From Octopus bimaculoides (Eukaryota), in assembly GCF_001194135.2 (NCBI RefSeq), contig NC_068992.1, positions 51,584,736 to 51,630,946 on the forward strand: a DNA stretch of 46,211 nucleotides, given 5' to 3'. Made by a program: the position numbers and the translations under genes. The notes beneath the pieces were generated by a model that worked only from the letters and a program-made list of their open reading frames with translations, was not told where the DNA came from and ran no database searches. Shown one piece after another: positions 24,485 to 35,829 of this stretch; position 1 is the stretch's first letter, and every line of letters starts with the position of its first letter.

Positions 24485-24700
24485 CATCAATGGCCAAACC
24501 CTAGAAGTTAAACATTTCTCATACCTTGGGATTATTCTTTCAAAGACCCCTACGTGTGAAAAGAACTTGGAGAACCAGATCAGAGTGGTCCACTCTGCCT
24601 TCGGTAGACTCAGCCAACAAGTATTCTTCAATCACTGACCATCTGGACAAAGACTATGGTCTTCCATGCTATTGTCCTGTCAACTCTTCTCTATGCTTGT
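24485..24700 (+). mobile_element. RTE-type LINE reverse transcriptase C-terminal fragment
   Basis: INGQTLEVKHFSYLGIILS...NQIRVVHSAFGRLSQQVF / TKTMVFHAIVLSTLLYACE matches the RTE RT thumb consensus (YLGS...AFGRL...VLSTLLYGCE). Confidence 0.85.
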
Positions 24701-24701
24701 G

Positions 24702-24780
<79 letters not shown>

Positions 24781-25064
24781 GTATATCAGGAATAAATATT
24801 CAAATGAATATCAATAAAAATATTTTTATTGTTATTATCATCAGTAGTCGTTCAAATTTACAGAAATCAAAAGACAAATACAGATGGAGGAGCAACAAGT
24901 AAGTGTATTAGTTTGATGCTCAAGAAGAATAGAAAAGTATGTGATGTTTCAAGCCTATGCTCCTTGACAGAAAGGTTTAAGAGAAGAATATTTGGAAAGA
25001 GAACAAAAAAAAAAAAATGTAAAGTGAAAAAAATGCTTCAGCATGATATGTGTGTGTGTCTTTG

Positions 25065-25400
25065 TGTCAGTGTTTGTCGCCCACTATCACTTGACAACTG
25101 GTATTGGTGTATTTACATCCTTATAACCTAGTGGCTTAGAAAAAGAATGAGAACCCAGGTTCGAAATTTCCCCAAGTTACCTGATGAAGGCTGGAAGGTA
25201 TATCACGTGAGTCACATTAAAACGTTGTGGTAACAACAAACAAGTTGAGGATAGATATCTGTCAAATGTAAATAATGTAAATAATTCTTCATCTCTTAAA
25301 TATATAACTGTATTACAAAGAATAAGTCCTGGGGTCAATTTGTTTGACTAAAGGCAGTGCTCCAGCATGGCCAAAGTCAAATGACTGAAACAAATAAAAG
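25065..25400 (+). mobile_element. SINE family D, interrupted by a hammerhead-bearing repeat (25145-25310)
   Basis: The flanks (cacttgacaactgg...; aagaataagtcctggggtcaat...ctccagcatggcc..gtcaaatgactgaaac) match the reverse complements of 40380-40570 and 44085-44300. The insert matches 17751-18003. Confidence 0.75.
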
Positions 25401-26489
25401 AATATATATATATATATATAAGTGTGTGAGAGTGTGTGTATGTGAGTCTCTGTGTGTGCATATTTAAATATACTCACACACACACACACACATCTATATA
25501 TATACGCACACGCATACACAAACACATACACATTTACATTATATCAAGTGGAAAAGCGATGTCCTGTGAGCTGTTTTCTCTTACACATATTCTTGTTGTT
25601 TCCCTCTCTTGAACAGATTTCTTTAACAATCTTCATTTTGCTTTTGAACAACAATACACAGTTATAACATATTGTATGCTTCAATTTAACTAATTGTTAA
25701 GACATTTAAATAATAAATATTCATTAACCATTATTATTGCATTTACAACAGGCTTTTACTTATTTTCACTTTTACAGCAACAGATTCCGTATTGTTTATG
25801 TTCTTCCACCTTCAAGTCAGTTAAAATGAGGTGCCACTTTAGCAGTTGGCATTTTTAACTTTCCGACCAAAATGGCTGACTAAACTTGAACAGATAAAAA
25901 TACTTCAATCTAACATGAAAAGAAGCACTTCGTTTTAGCAAGAAAATAAGCTAAAAACAATAAATGGAATAAAATAAGTGAATTACTTCACATCTCTCTT
26001 CTCCTAAGTCTAATCAGCTCTTCACCAAAGTCATAAAAAGCATTTTCTAATTTATTGTTAAAACACAATGCTACAGAAGTTTTCCCTTTCTTTTGCTTCT
26101 AACAGCTCTATTGGATTTACAGTAACTGATCCAGTTGCATTTCACCTTATCTATTATCTTGGTCGTTTAACATTATAACAAGATCTAGAAAGAATTAACC
26201 TTCGCATTCCTTTTTGCAATCAGAAATATCTGTACAGTAAAAGAATAGTGTGAACAATAATGCTCTTAAGTAAAACAGGTTTACTCAAGAGAAACTAGGT
26301 CATAAGATATTTTGGAAGGACCTAGATATGAATCTTATTCTGTTTGGGTTTTAGCGACATGACTTTTGCATTGGAGAAAAATTATTGTTGATACCTTTGT
26401 GTGCGGCATGGCTGGAAGACATGAGACAGTAAACAATTGTTCACTGGCTCAGTTTCAGACTAAATATAATTGAATATTAGAGCATTCTG

Positions 26490-26810
26490 TCATCTTTATC
26501 AATCAGAAGATAGTGAGTTCAATTCCCAGACCAGGCTGAGTGTTGTGTTCTTGAGCAAGACACTTTATTTCACGTTGCACCAGTTCACTCATCTGTAGAA
26601 AGGAGTTACAATGCCTCTAGTGCTAAGCTATATCAACTTTGCCTTTCACTTGGATAACATCGGTGGCATGGCAGTGGGGAGCTGGTATACATGGGTTACT
26701 GCTGGTCTTCCATAGACAGCCTTGCCTAGACTTGTGCTTTGGAGGTAACTTTGGAGGTGCAATCCCATGTTTATTCATGACCAAAGAGGGTCTTTACTCT
26801 TTATATGTAT
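26490..26810 (+). mobile_element. tRNA-derived SINE (distinct family)
   Basis: B-box-like gtgagttcaattccc followed by gtgttcttgagcaagacactttatttcac...ccagttcactc, a typical SINE central domain. Confidence 0.65.
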
Positions 26811-26883
26811 ATATATATAGGTGGGGTTGAAACACAATCATTTTTAAGGAAGCATAATTCCACGGTATGTACAGAGTTTCAAC

Positions 26884-26937
26884 ATGGAGGTGCAATGGCC
26901 CAGTGGTTAGGGCAGTGGACTCACGGTCATAGGTTTC
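26884..26937 (+). mobile_element. Isolated tRNA-like SINE head
   Basis: ggaggtgcaatggcccagtggttagggcagtggactc (A-box TGGCCCAGTGG), truncated before the B-box. Confidence 0.6.
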
Positions 26938-27019
26938 AAATAGTATTCTAAATAAAATATAAGAAAATTAGGGTTATGTGACCCTCCAAACCCCTTGCAT
27001 ACACACCCCACAATTAAAT

Positions 27020-27995
27020 ACCATTTCGAACTTCCATTTTGACACATATTTGAATCCATAGATGGAAAAACAACAGAACCACCAACATCAAAAGGCTTAA
27101 TTATCAATAAAATTAAAGATGTAACAAACTTAAAGATAATCAAAGTTTCTCCAGTAAAAACTAAAGTGAAAGAAATGCCATTAAAAGTTGTTGATACTTT
27201 AAACTCAGCTCAAAAATATCTGTAATATCAAAAATATCTGAAATGTGCCTCATTATTGTGATAGAGTTTGTTTCTGAGCAGTTAGCAGCAAGATCACCTG
27301 GTAAAATCCATTATGCAAGGTGGTTAACATGTTCAAACAGAATTCTTCACTTATATGTTTCGGAAAAAATCCCCTAAAGAATATTATGGATATTGTTAAA
27401 ATCATAACTCAAGTTTATGCTCCAAGCTGGTTCTGGATTAAATTTCACTCAAAGTTACACGAAGGAGCTAGTAATTTTTGGTATATGGCACATCTAATGC
27501 AAGATATGAACCAGATCATAAAGAAACCATGGAGAAACCATTAAAAACTAATTCGTATTTTGCCCATCCAGAGAATATTTTACTGACTATTCTGAATGAT
27601 GGAAGAAGACAAATAAGGGAAGTAGCAGTTCAGTGAATTATCAAAGCAAAAACTTTTCCCTGAATGCCCCATGAAGAGTAAAGAAATTTCAAACTGCCAA
27701 GCAAAATTAATTTTGAAGCATGGGATCATGTTGATTTGATTACCTAGGAAAATGATGTTATAACATCCCCTCCTGTTTTATGGAACTTTACAAATGTTGA
27801 TCTTGTTAAAGCTCATTTAGGACCATTAGCAGCAATACCTCTTCCCTATATTAGCCAAGGAGTCGAGCATGCTATCACTTTAGTGACAAAAGCTTCTGAA
27901 ATCAGAATAGGCTACAAAAGTAGGCACAAATTCATATTAAATATACAGAAATCAAGACAAAGTTTACCTCACTTGAGGAGTCATGATAGTTATTT
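27020..27995 (+). pseudogene. Decayed DNA transposase of the hAT-related hATm-like group (C-terminal half)
   Basis: ELPF*HIFESIDGKTT; LNSAQKYL; PGKIHYARWLTCSNRILHLYVS; VYAPSWFWIK; NSYFAHPENILL; SQGVEHAITLVTKAS..RHKFIL..SR. Stops and frameshifts throughout. The motifs are recognised from memory; the subfamily name is less certain than the transposase call. Confidence 0.75.
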
Positions 27996-28029
27996 GAACT
28001 CTGAGAGTGAAGACTGGACTGTACAATTC

Positions 28030-28285
28030 ATAGGTATGAACTGTGATACTGCCTTTCAGCCTTGTCCACCAAACAATCTCTTTCACGGCAAAGGAAAACT
28101 GCCTAGCCTGTCCGATTGAAGTGGGGTGGCAGTATGATCATCACTACAGATTCGGCCAACACAGATCTGTCCCACATGTGACAGCAGTTGTTTGACATAA
28201 CCCCACAAGTCAGCAATGCCTGGACACTGAACGAGGGTGTCCAAAATGGTTTCATCATTGCGCACGCTCCTCGGAGAAGCCCATC
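28030..28285 (-). mobile_element. L1/Tx1-like LINE ORF2 C-terminal (zinc-knuckle) fragment
   Basis: Minus-strand NDETILDTLVQCPGIADLWGYVKQLL... AVKEIVWWTRLKG resembles the C-x2-C...ET..H.L..CP zinc-binding C-terminus of L1/Tx1 ORF2. Confidence 0.65.
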
Positions 28286-28292
28286 AATAATG

Positions 28293-28354
<62 letters not shown>

Positions 28355-28620
28355 GATAATAATAATAATAATAATGATAATAATAATGATAATAATAATA
28401 ATAATAATAATAATAATATATACTTAAATATATATGTATGAGCATGTATGCATACATGTACATATATATGCATATACTCATATATTGTTGATATATATAT
28501 ATATATATATATATATTAGCACATTCCTTCATTTGTATATACACACACATGTGTGCACATGTACACACACACACACACACACACACAAAGAGGGACAGAG
28601 AGAGAGAGAGAGAGAGAGAG
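28286..28620. repeat. (AAT)n followed by TA/CA/GA runs
   Basis: Directly visible. Confidence 0.95.
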
Positions 28621-29336
28621 TTATTTCTAACAAATTTTGTTAGGTTAAATGTCTAAATGTCTGAAACAAAGTTATTCTTAGTCTAAATGTCTGAGATGAT
28701 TTGCTGGACTATTAACCCCAACTTTAGAATCTATATTTACAGCATTTATATCTACAATGTATTTCTATTAGTTTCATCTCTGATTATCCTCAAAATATTC
28801 CTGGATATGTATATAGTCTCAGACAAGATTAGCCATGTTTTAAAATTAAATATTTCAAAGATATCTAGTTGTGCAGAGCATAGTGTAAATTAAAACTGAA
28901 ATGAATTTAAATATTATCAAGTTTCGTTGTAGGTTAAATAAGAATATAAGCGCATCCTTTTATATTACTGATGTGCAGAAAAAGCAGAGCAGGGTTCTCC
29001 TGATAGAGGCGGAACAGTTCAGGAATGTTTGTAGATGAAGTTGGCAATGGTTAGGGAGAAGAAAAAAAATTAAAATATTAGCAGATTTGAAGCATGTTGA
29101 GAGATGTGGGCAGAGTGAAAAAACTGGGAGACACTATACGGCCATGCACACATAAATGTATGTGTATGTTTGTGTTTCTTTATATGTGTATATGTATGTG
29201 TGTATATATAGTATCAAAGGACCCCTTTGTTCACCAATGACCATGAATTGCAGCAAGTTTCCCTCCTTTGATTACTATTTTATCCTGGTGCTCCCTGCCA
29301 TCTGAACATTCAATGTTTAAAAATTAATTTTATAGA

Positions 29337-29620
29337 AACCTCTTTCAAAATTCCTATTTCGTTTTTCATTCAAGCATAGTGTAGATTGTACTGTGTAAAA
29401 TCTAGCTGTTTCTTGCAATACATAACAATACATACATCTAAAACAAAATTTTCCAGGGGTCCTTAAAAATACTTCTTTCCAAATTCCTATTTTGTTTTTT
29501 ACACATTCCTTTGTGTAGGTTGAACAATATAAAATGTTTGAGAAAGAAACCCAGCTGTTTCTTGCAATACAAACTAATACCTACATCGTAAAGCAAAAGT
29601 TTTTCAAGAGCCCTTAAAAC
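29337..29620. repeat. Degenerate two-copy tandem duplication (~135-150-bp unit)
   Basis: tctttc.aaattcctattt at ~29341 and ~29473; agctgtttcttgcaataca at ~29404 and ~29553. Confidence 0.8.
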
Positions 29621-29849
29621 TCTACTGTGGATCCCCAATTTCCTGTTTTCTTACGTAGACCTCCAAAAATCTTATATGGATCCTCAGGGGCCATATGGGC
29701 CCTAATTGTGCACCACTGCTTTAAAACGAGCGTCAAATACAGAATAGGAAATATGACAACAGTGTTTCAAAGAATGTACAAACTGCTCTGTGAACATGCT
29801 AAATATACCAAGATTCTCCAGTAGAACATCATCATAATGCCAATGGGCA

Positions 29850-30150
29850 ATTTTTGGAGTGAAATGTAAAAGGAAACTGCTACATTCATGAAAAAGCTGA
29901 ATGTGTTTCACTAAATTGATAAAAAAATCTTGAGAATGTTGTACATTGGTTATCTTGGGCATAATGAAATTTTATGATGATCATCACACAGACCCCAAAA
30001 CTTGGTTTAAAAAATGAGTAAAAATTTAGACATTGGCAAGTATTGTTCTGTGAATATCAATTCATTGATATGCAAAACAGCATTGAAATGGACGCCACAA
30101 GGAAGAAGAAAATGGGGTAAAATTATATGATAGAGAATAACACCTGACGG
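29850..30150 (+). mobile_element. RTE-type LINE ORF 3' end fragment, highly decayed
   Basis: SEM*KETATFMKKLNVFH..KILR and ICKTALKWTPQGRRK match the RTE C-terminus (GSETW...KL..F...LR.IL; AL.W.PQGKR). Confidence 0.6.
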
Positions 30151-30192
30151 ATTAAGAAAATTACTGGTAAACTATTGTTTGAAGCTCAAATG

Positions 30193-30431
30193 TATAGGCT
30201 GGATTAACTCATCACTCAACCAGCTGACCAACCAAACACAAGACCCACCCACCCCTACCAACCAACCCACACACCCACCGACCAACCAATCAACCAACCA
30301 GCCAGCCAACTAATTAAAGCTTTTAAGAGAATACCCTGTGTTTCGTTGAAGTGATAGAAATACCAGTTTCTGTCATTCATATCCCCTTGATGAAGTAAAC
30401 TGGCTGATGTTTGGAAGGCCATTAAACTGAT
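30193..30431 (+). repeat. Left arm of a ~240-bp inverted repeat pair
   Basis: High-identity reverse complement of 33946-34186. The ORF track shows near-identical peptides (MAFQTSASLLHQ.DMNDRNWYFYHFNETQG...) on opposite strands. Confidence 0.92.
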
Positions 30432-31494
30432 GCTCTGCTCAATGCATGACATTCATTCTACAAAGATTAACATTTTATTTTAATCTCTTGTAATTTGTGT
30501 CAGTCGATTCAAAAAGCCATGTAAAGTGGTTGGATGATGAACTGAAATAGATACACCTAAAGCATGACAGGATAGAAAAACAGAGAGAAGTAATCCTTCA
30601 GATGACTGAATGTTCTGAAAGATGTATGCAGATAATTATAATGAAACACTTTGTATTCAGCAGCATCTGAATTTATATTCAACTTAATCAATGATGTATA
30701 TACAAAATAATAAAATAAAAATTGCTTACTACTGATACAATACTATGACTAGACACACAGCTATACATACATTGCTGTTGAAATAATGAACACACACACG
30801 CACCATTAGATGTAACACAAAAAACATGCCCTCTTTCTGTCCCAAATCTTTCACCCTCCCCCCTTTCTTTCTCTATCTGTCTTCCTTACCTTCACCATAA
30901 TGTTTTATTCAGTAACTGATCAGTTGTCACATACACACATATATACATAAGCACATACACAGCCCCCCCCCTACACACACACACAGGTGGAGTAAAGTCA
31001 GGCAATGTGGACACACACACATATACACAGACATGCACATACACAGACTTAATGTGAGTTTATATTGGATATTTTCAGTAACTTCTGCTTGAATAATAGG
31101 TACTTAGTTTTGATGTAAGAATATTAATTCTGGATATATTCTACTGAAATTTGGCAACTCAAGCTAATATTATGCGATAATTTTCAATTGCTTTCATTTT
31201 AGGACTCCATAACTGTGAAGTGGTTGTTAAAAATAAAGCACTATATGAGTGTGAAATGGTTTAGTGGTTTTCCTAATGCATGACTAGGGAAGGTAAATGT
31301 TTTAGGAAATTATAGTGTTCTATAATCGATGCCTCACACTCTGGTTATGTCCCCAGTGGATGAATAACTAAAAAGTCAATAATAAATCAAGTGTTAAGAG
31401 GCAGAACCCAAGTAATGTAAAAAAAAGAACCATTTCTCAGCTTAAGTCTACAGTAAGTTTATGTTCATAGGCAACGTCCAGTCAATATGATGAA

Positions 31495-33615
31495 CAATAA
31501 AACTGACAAAAGAAAATATGACACAATTTTGCTTATGATTTCACCTGGACTGGTGATAAAACTTAATTAATTGAATAGTGTGATGAATGTAGGAAGATTT
31601 AGAGTATAGTAAAACTAAACCAATCAAGGTTAGTAACTCACAGAGCAACTCACAGCCTGGTGGTATCTGTTCCATTACATTTGTGTTCTGATGGCAATGC
31701 CTACAATGACACTGGTACCAAACTGTGTTGGTCCCAGTCAGTGGTCTTTCTCTAGGATAAACATTGGTAGCATGGTAAGTACCAGATGAATGTATGGGCA
31801 ACTGCCAGTCTTCTGAAAAGCCTTGTACATTCCTATGCTGACACACAATCCATTTTAGCTGATGGTGACCCAAGGAAGTTAAAATGATATTTAGGGTTAA
31901 AACAATTGTTTTCTTAAAAAATATGTGTGAAGACTATTTAGAATGAAAGTGTTTGGAATGAAATCAAAGGAAGCTTACTTTTTCATTATTTATTATAAGC
32001 CAAAACCCAAAAAGTATTTTGCTTGTTTCATATACTGTTTATTGATTAGCAAAATTAGGTGAAGCACAGAAAGAAGCAGATAATCTAATAATACCCTGTG
32101 CAAAATATATGATGGAATACCTTGTACATCAAAAATATAGGTAATGTATCATTTTCTAGTGACACAGTTTTAAGATGTATTTATGGAATGTCAAATTTTT
32201 GTGAAGCTGAGCTAATAAAATAGGATAAAATGAACTCAGCTTTGTTTCTTCAATTGGATGAGTGTACACGTGTTGCTAATTTACCAGTTTTGCTTGTGAT
32301 TAAGTTACACTTATGAAGGTGACATTCAAAATGGCATTAACCCACCAGTGTTTGGAAAGAATCATGCTGAAGGAGAAGTAATATTTAATTGAATCAATTC
32401 ATTTATAGAAAATATATATAATTTGTGAATACTTTTTTCCAGTGTTTGCACTAATAGAGCTGCAAATATAGAAAGAAAAATATTTAGTGCTGTTGCAAAA
32501 ATTAAAAAGAAAATCAGAATTTTGATAAACAGTACTGTTTTTCTCACCAAGTAGTAGCAGTAAAATATATGCCTCAAGTTCTGAAATTAATTATAAATGG
32601 TGCTGTAAGATTGGGCAATTTTATTAAATCAAAGATGCAAAATGCAAGAAATAAGAGAACTCATACAGAACTGAAGTTATGACTTGAAAACATGATGGAG
32701 GAATTTTATGAACTGCATGAAGAAATTGGATTATTTCTGTGTTGACATTCTTTCAAACTTAAAAAAATTTCCATCGAAACTGAAAGATCATATGTGAATT
32801 GGAATAAGGTATGTGTTCCTGACATATTTACTTATTTGAATGAGATTTGCCTTTCAGTCGGCAGTACCAATATAACATGCTTCAAAAACTAAAGCTGTGG
32901 AAGAACTAAGCAAGTAAGAATGATATTGAATGCTTTGAAAACCTTAGTATTTTTCTTTTAATGTCAAACATTTCTGTATGTCAAAATACATAAAACTCAG
33001 TTTTGCAATATTTGTCTGATATATATGAAAATCAATACTAGAATATTTTCCAGTTAAAATTGAAAACCAACTTTGGGTTGAAAAACCATTTATAGACTCC
33101 TTAAACATAAACAATTTTCAAAGAAAGTAAAGGAACAGAAAATAGGCATTGTAATGGATTTTACCTAAAAATCAAAATCTCAATAAGTAGAACTGATAAA
33201 ATTTTGGATTGCATTATTAATGGAGGATCCTACTATAAGCACAAAAGCATTACAAGTTAATGCAATTTCTAACTATTTTTGTGGAAGAACATTTTCACTG
33301 TATTTAATAAACAAACAAACAAACAAAGGACAAGAAATAGAATATAGAAGATAACTTAGTTACAATATCCAAATATTATAATTCTCAGTGACAAGAAATA
33401 AACTCATTTAAACCACTAACTCTTAATATCTTTACTATGAAGTTGATGATGTTAAATAAACAAGACAAGATATTAAACAACTTATACTGACAATTTTATT
33501 TTAATTTTTATTTGCAACATGACTATGATTAGTTTTTTACATGTTACAAAATTTTTCTCCCAATCTATACGTTTCCATGAATAAGAAAATTGGTAAAAAA
33601 GCCCCAGTGTATGAA
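31495..33615 (+). pseudogene. Decayed hAT (Charlie/Buster, ZBED5-like) transposase
   Basis: KRKYD..FTWTGD; CDECRK; VSY..LAKLGEA..LIIPCAK; FSSDTVLRCI; FLQLDECTRVANL (first catalytic D); VCTNRAA (CTDGA-like); MPQVLK...AV..NFIKS; FWI; LCGRTFS (CE..FS). Many stops and frameshifts. Confidence 0.82.
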
Positions 33616-33945
33616 ATCCAGACAAACCTATTTAGATTATATTACAAAAGGTATCATGATACTTACAGTTTTTAATGAGGAAGACTAATTAGCTATTTAG
33701 CTATCAACACTCAAAGACATTTGGTCATAGAAATACACGTTTTAATTATGGTCATTTAGTCCTTGTAAATGTTCCAACGTTTCACAAAAATACATTTTTT
33801 TTTTCCGCTCTTTTATACCTTAACTTCAAATGATATGATTTAGTCTCTCCTTTTGGATATCACAATCACTCAACCCTTTTGTTTCTTTCTTTATTTGAAT
33901 CCTACTTATTACTAACCTTTTAGCAAGAACATATATTAAAATAAA

Positions 33946-34186
33946 ATCAGTTTAATGGCCTTCCAAACATCAGCCAGTTTACTTCATCAACTGGATATGA
34001 ATGATAGAAACTGGTATTTCTATCACTTCAATGAAACACAGGGTATTCTCTTAAAAGCTTTAATTAGCTGGTTGGCTGGTTGGTTGATTGGTTGGTGGGT
34101 GTGTAGGTTGGTTGGTGGGGGTGGGGGTGCGTCGGTCGGTTGTTTGGTTGGTCAGCTGGCTGAGGGATGAGTTAGTCCAGCCTATA
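33946..34186 (-). repeat. Right arm of a ~240-bp inverted repeat pair
   Basis: Reverse complement of 30193-30431. Confidence 0.92.
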
Positions 34187-35829
34187 TAATCTTTATGTAT
34201 AATCTTTATATTTTATTATTTATCATCCAAAATGAACTCAACCCTAATTGACTAAGCTAAAAAGTCAAGGAAATTCTATTTAATGAAACAAATGAAGATT
34301 TATTATGAATGTCTTTTTCTTGTTTTAGATCCAAGAAACTCTGTCTTGAATCTACACAATTTACTAATTCAAATCTTTGATGGTTAGTGTTTGCATTTAT
34401 TTATTATTTTCTTTATTATTTTCCTTCTGACAGCTTATTATAACAAATGCCTTTAAATATAAAGTGATGGAGATATTATATGAATAATTATAACTTAAAG
34501 CATTCGTCTATGTAATGCATGTGTAGCCTATTTCCTTAGGCAATTATCGTATGATATTGTTATTTTAGGAATATTTCATCTTTTGCTTTAGGTTTTTTTC
34601 CCAAGTGTTTTTGCTATTTTCGTTCATAGATTGTAAGTTTATATTTGTAAGAGAAAACAAAAGTATAATAAATGTGTTTAGTTTTATTTGTGAAATATTA
34701 AATAATTGTAATAAAATTTTTAAACCAATTCTTTTCATTATGAGTAGAATAAATTATGAAATACATTTGAGGAAGAAGAAACACGATTAAAAAATATATA
34801 AAATTGAGCATTTCTCATAGTGTGTTTCTTCTTTTAATTAGAAACATGTATTCAATTAATGTTTCTTGTTTCAATCTTTCACACTATGCCAATAATTTTC
34901 AATAATAAGAATTCTTTATTCGCATAACTGAAAGATTATTCTTTACCTGCACAGCTTGCATTAAAAGTAATCTAATTGAATATAATCCAAGTAATCTAAT
35001 GGAACCAGCATTCTACCATATTTTGTTTTGATATGTTTTAAGCAAAAAATTATTTCTTTTATTTACAGTTTCCATAAAATAATCTGGTGAAGATGTCTGT
35101 GTAAATAAAATAGCTTTTTACACAGGAAGTTACCCAGGGTAATGAACTGAGTGATTCAGCATTGTTGTTAAGACTGAAGGAAGAAACCAAATATATTTAA
35201 ATTGTAAGGGGTGTATGATATAGGTTCATGAAGATCAGTATCTTTGTAAACTTATTCTGTTTCATATCTTCATCAAAGTGGATGTGGGCATCAGCAATGG
35301 TTTACTATGCCTGCATACCAATCACTTATTGTTCAAAGAAATTGATATTGCTTACCAGTGGCATACAAGCCATCTCACTTTGACTGGTGATTTGAATAAA
35401 GAGTATTGGTAGTGTAAGAAGGATTATGGTATAGAGGGTAACACATCATAAGTACTCAATAACTGGAATGGTAGCAGGGGTTAATAAAACAAAACCAAGA
35501 TCAATAGTACTGAAGATAAGGTAGCACTGAAGACAGGTGGGTGTGGTGGTGGTGGTGATGCTGGTGGGGCACATCCAGGGTATTCCCTAGCATAAAAGCC
35601 ACTGGTATCCAGATGCTATGGAAGGGGTTGAAATTCTATTTCCCTCATACCAATAATTAAACATTCATAGCATAAGAAAATTACAGGAAAAGGCTAGGGA
35701 ACTGGATACTGATCCAGATACAACATACAAAGAAGAAACCAAATCATCAGTGAATAGGATATCTGATGATAACTGATGCCCAAACTTTAAAGGAATGTTA
35801 GAGTCAAACAGTATGGCTTCAGAAGCAAT

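Noticed and set aside
26884-26937. Possible tRNA gene
   Set aside because: Only the 5' half with an A-box is present. There is no T-arm or acceptor 3' strand, so it fits a SINE head.
31541-31873. 110-aa minus-strand ORF inside the hAT relic
   Set aside because: No known motif. It partly overlaps the antisense of the transposase N-terminus and is likely a chance ORF in an inserted fragment.
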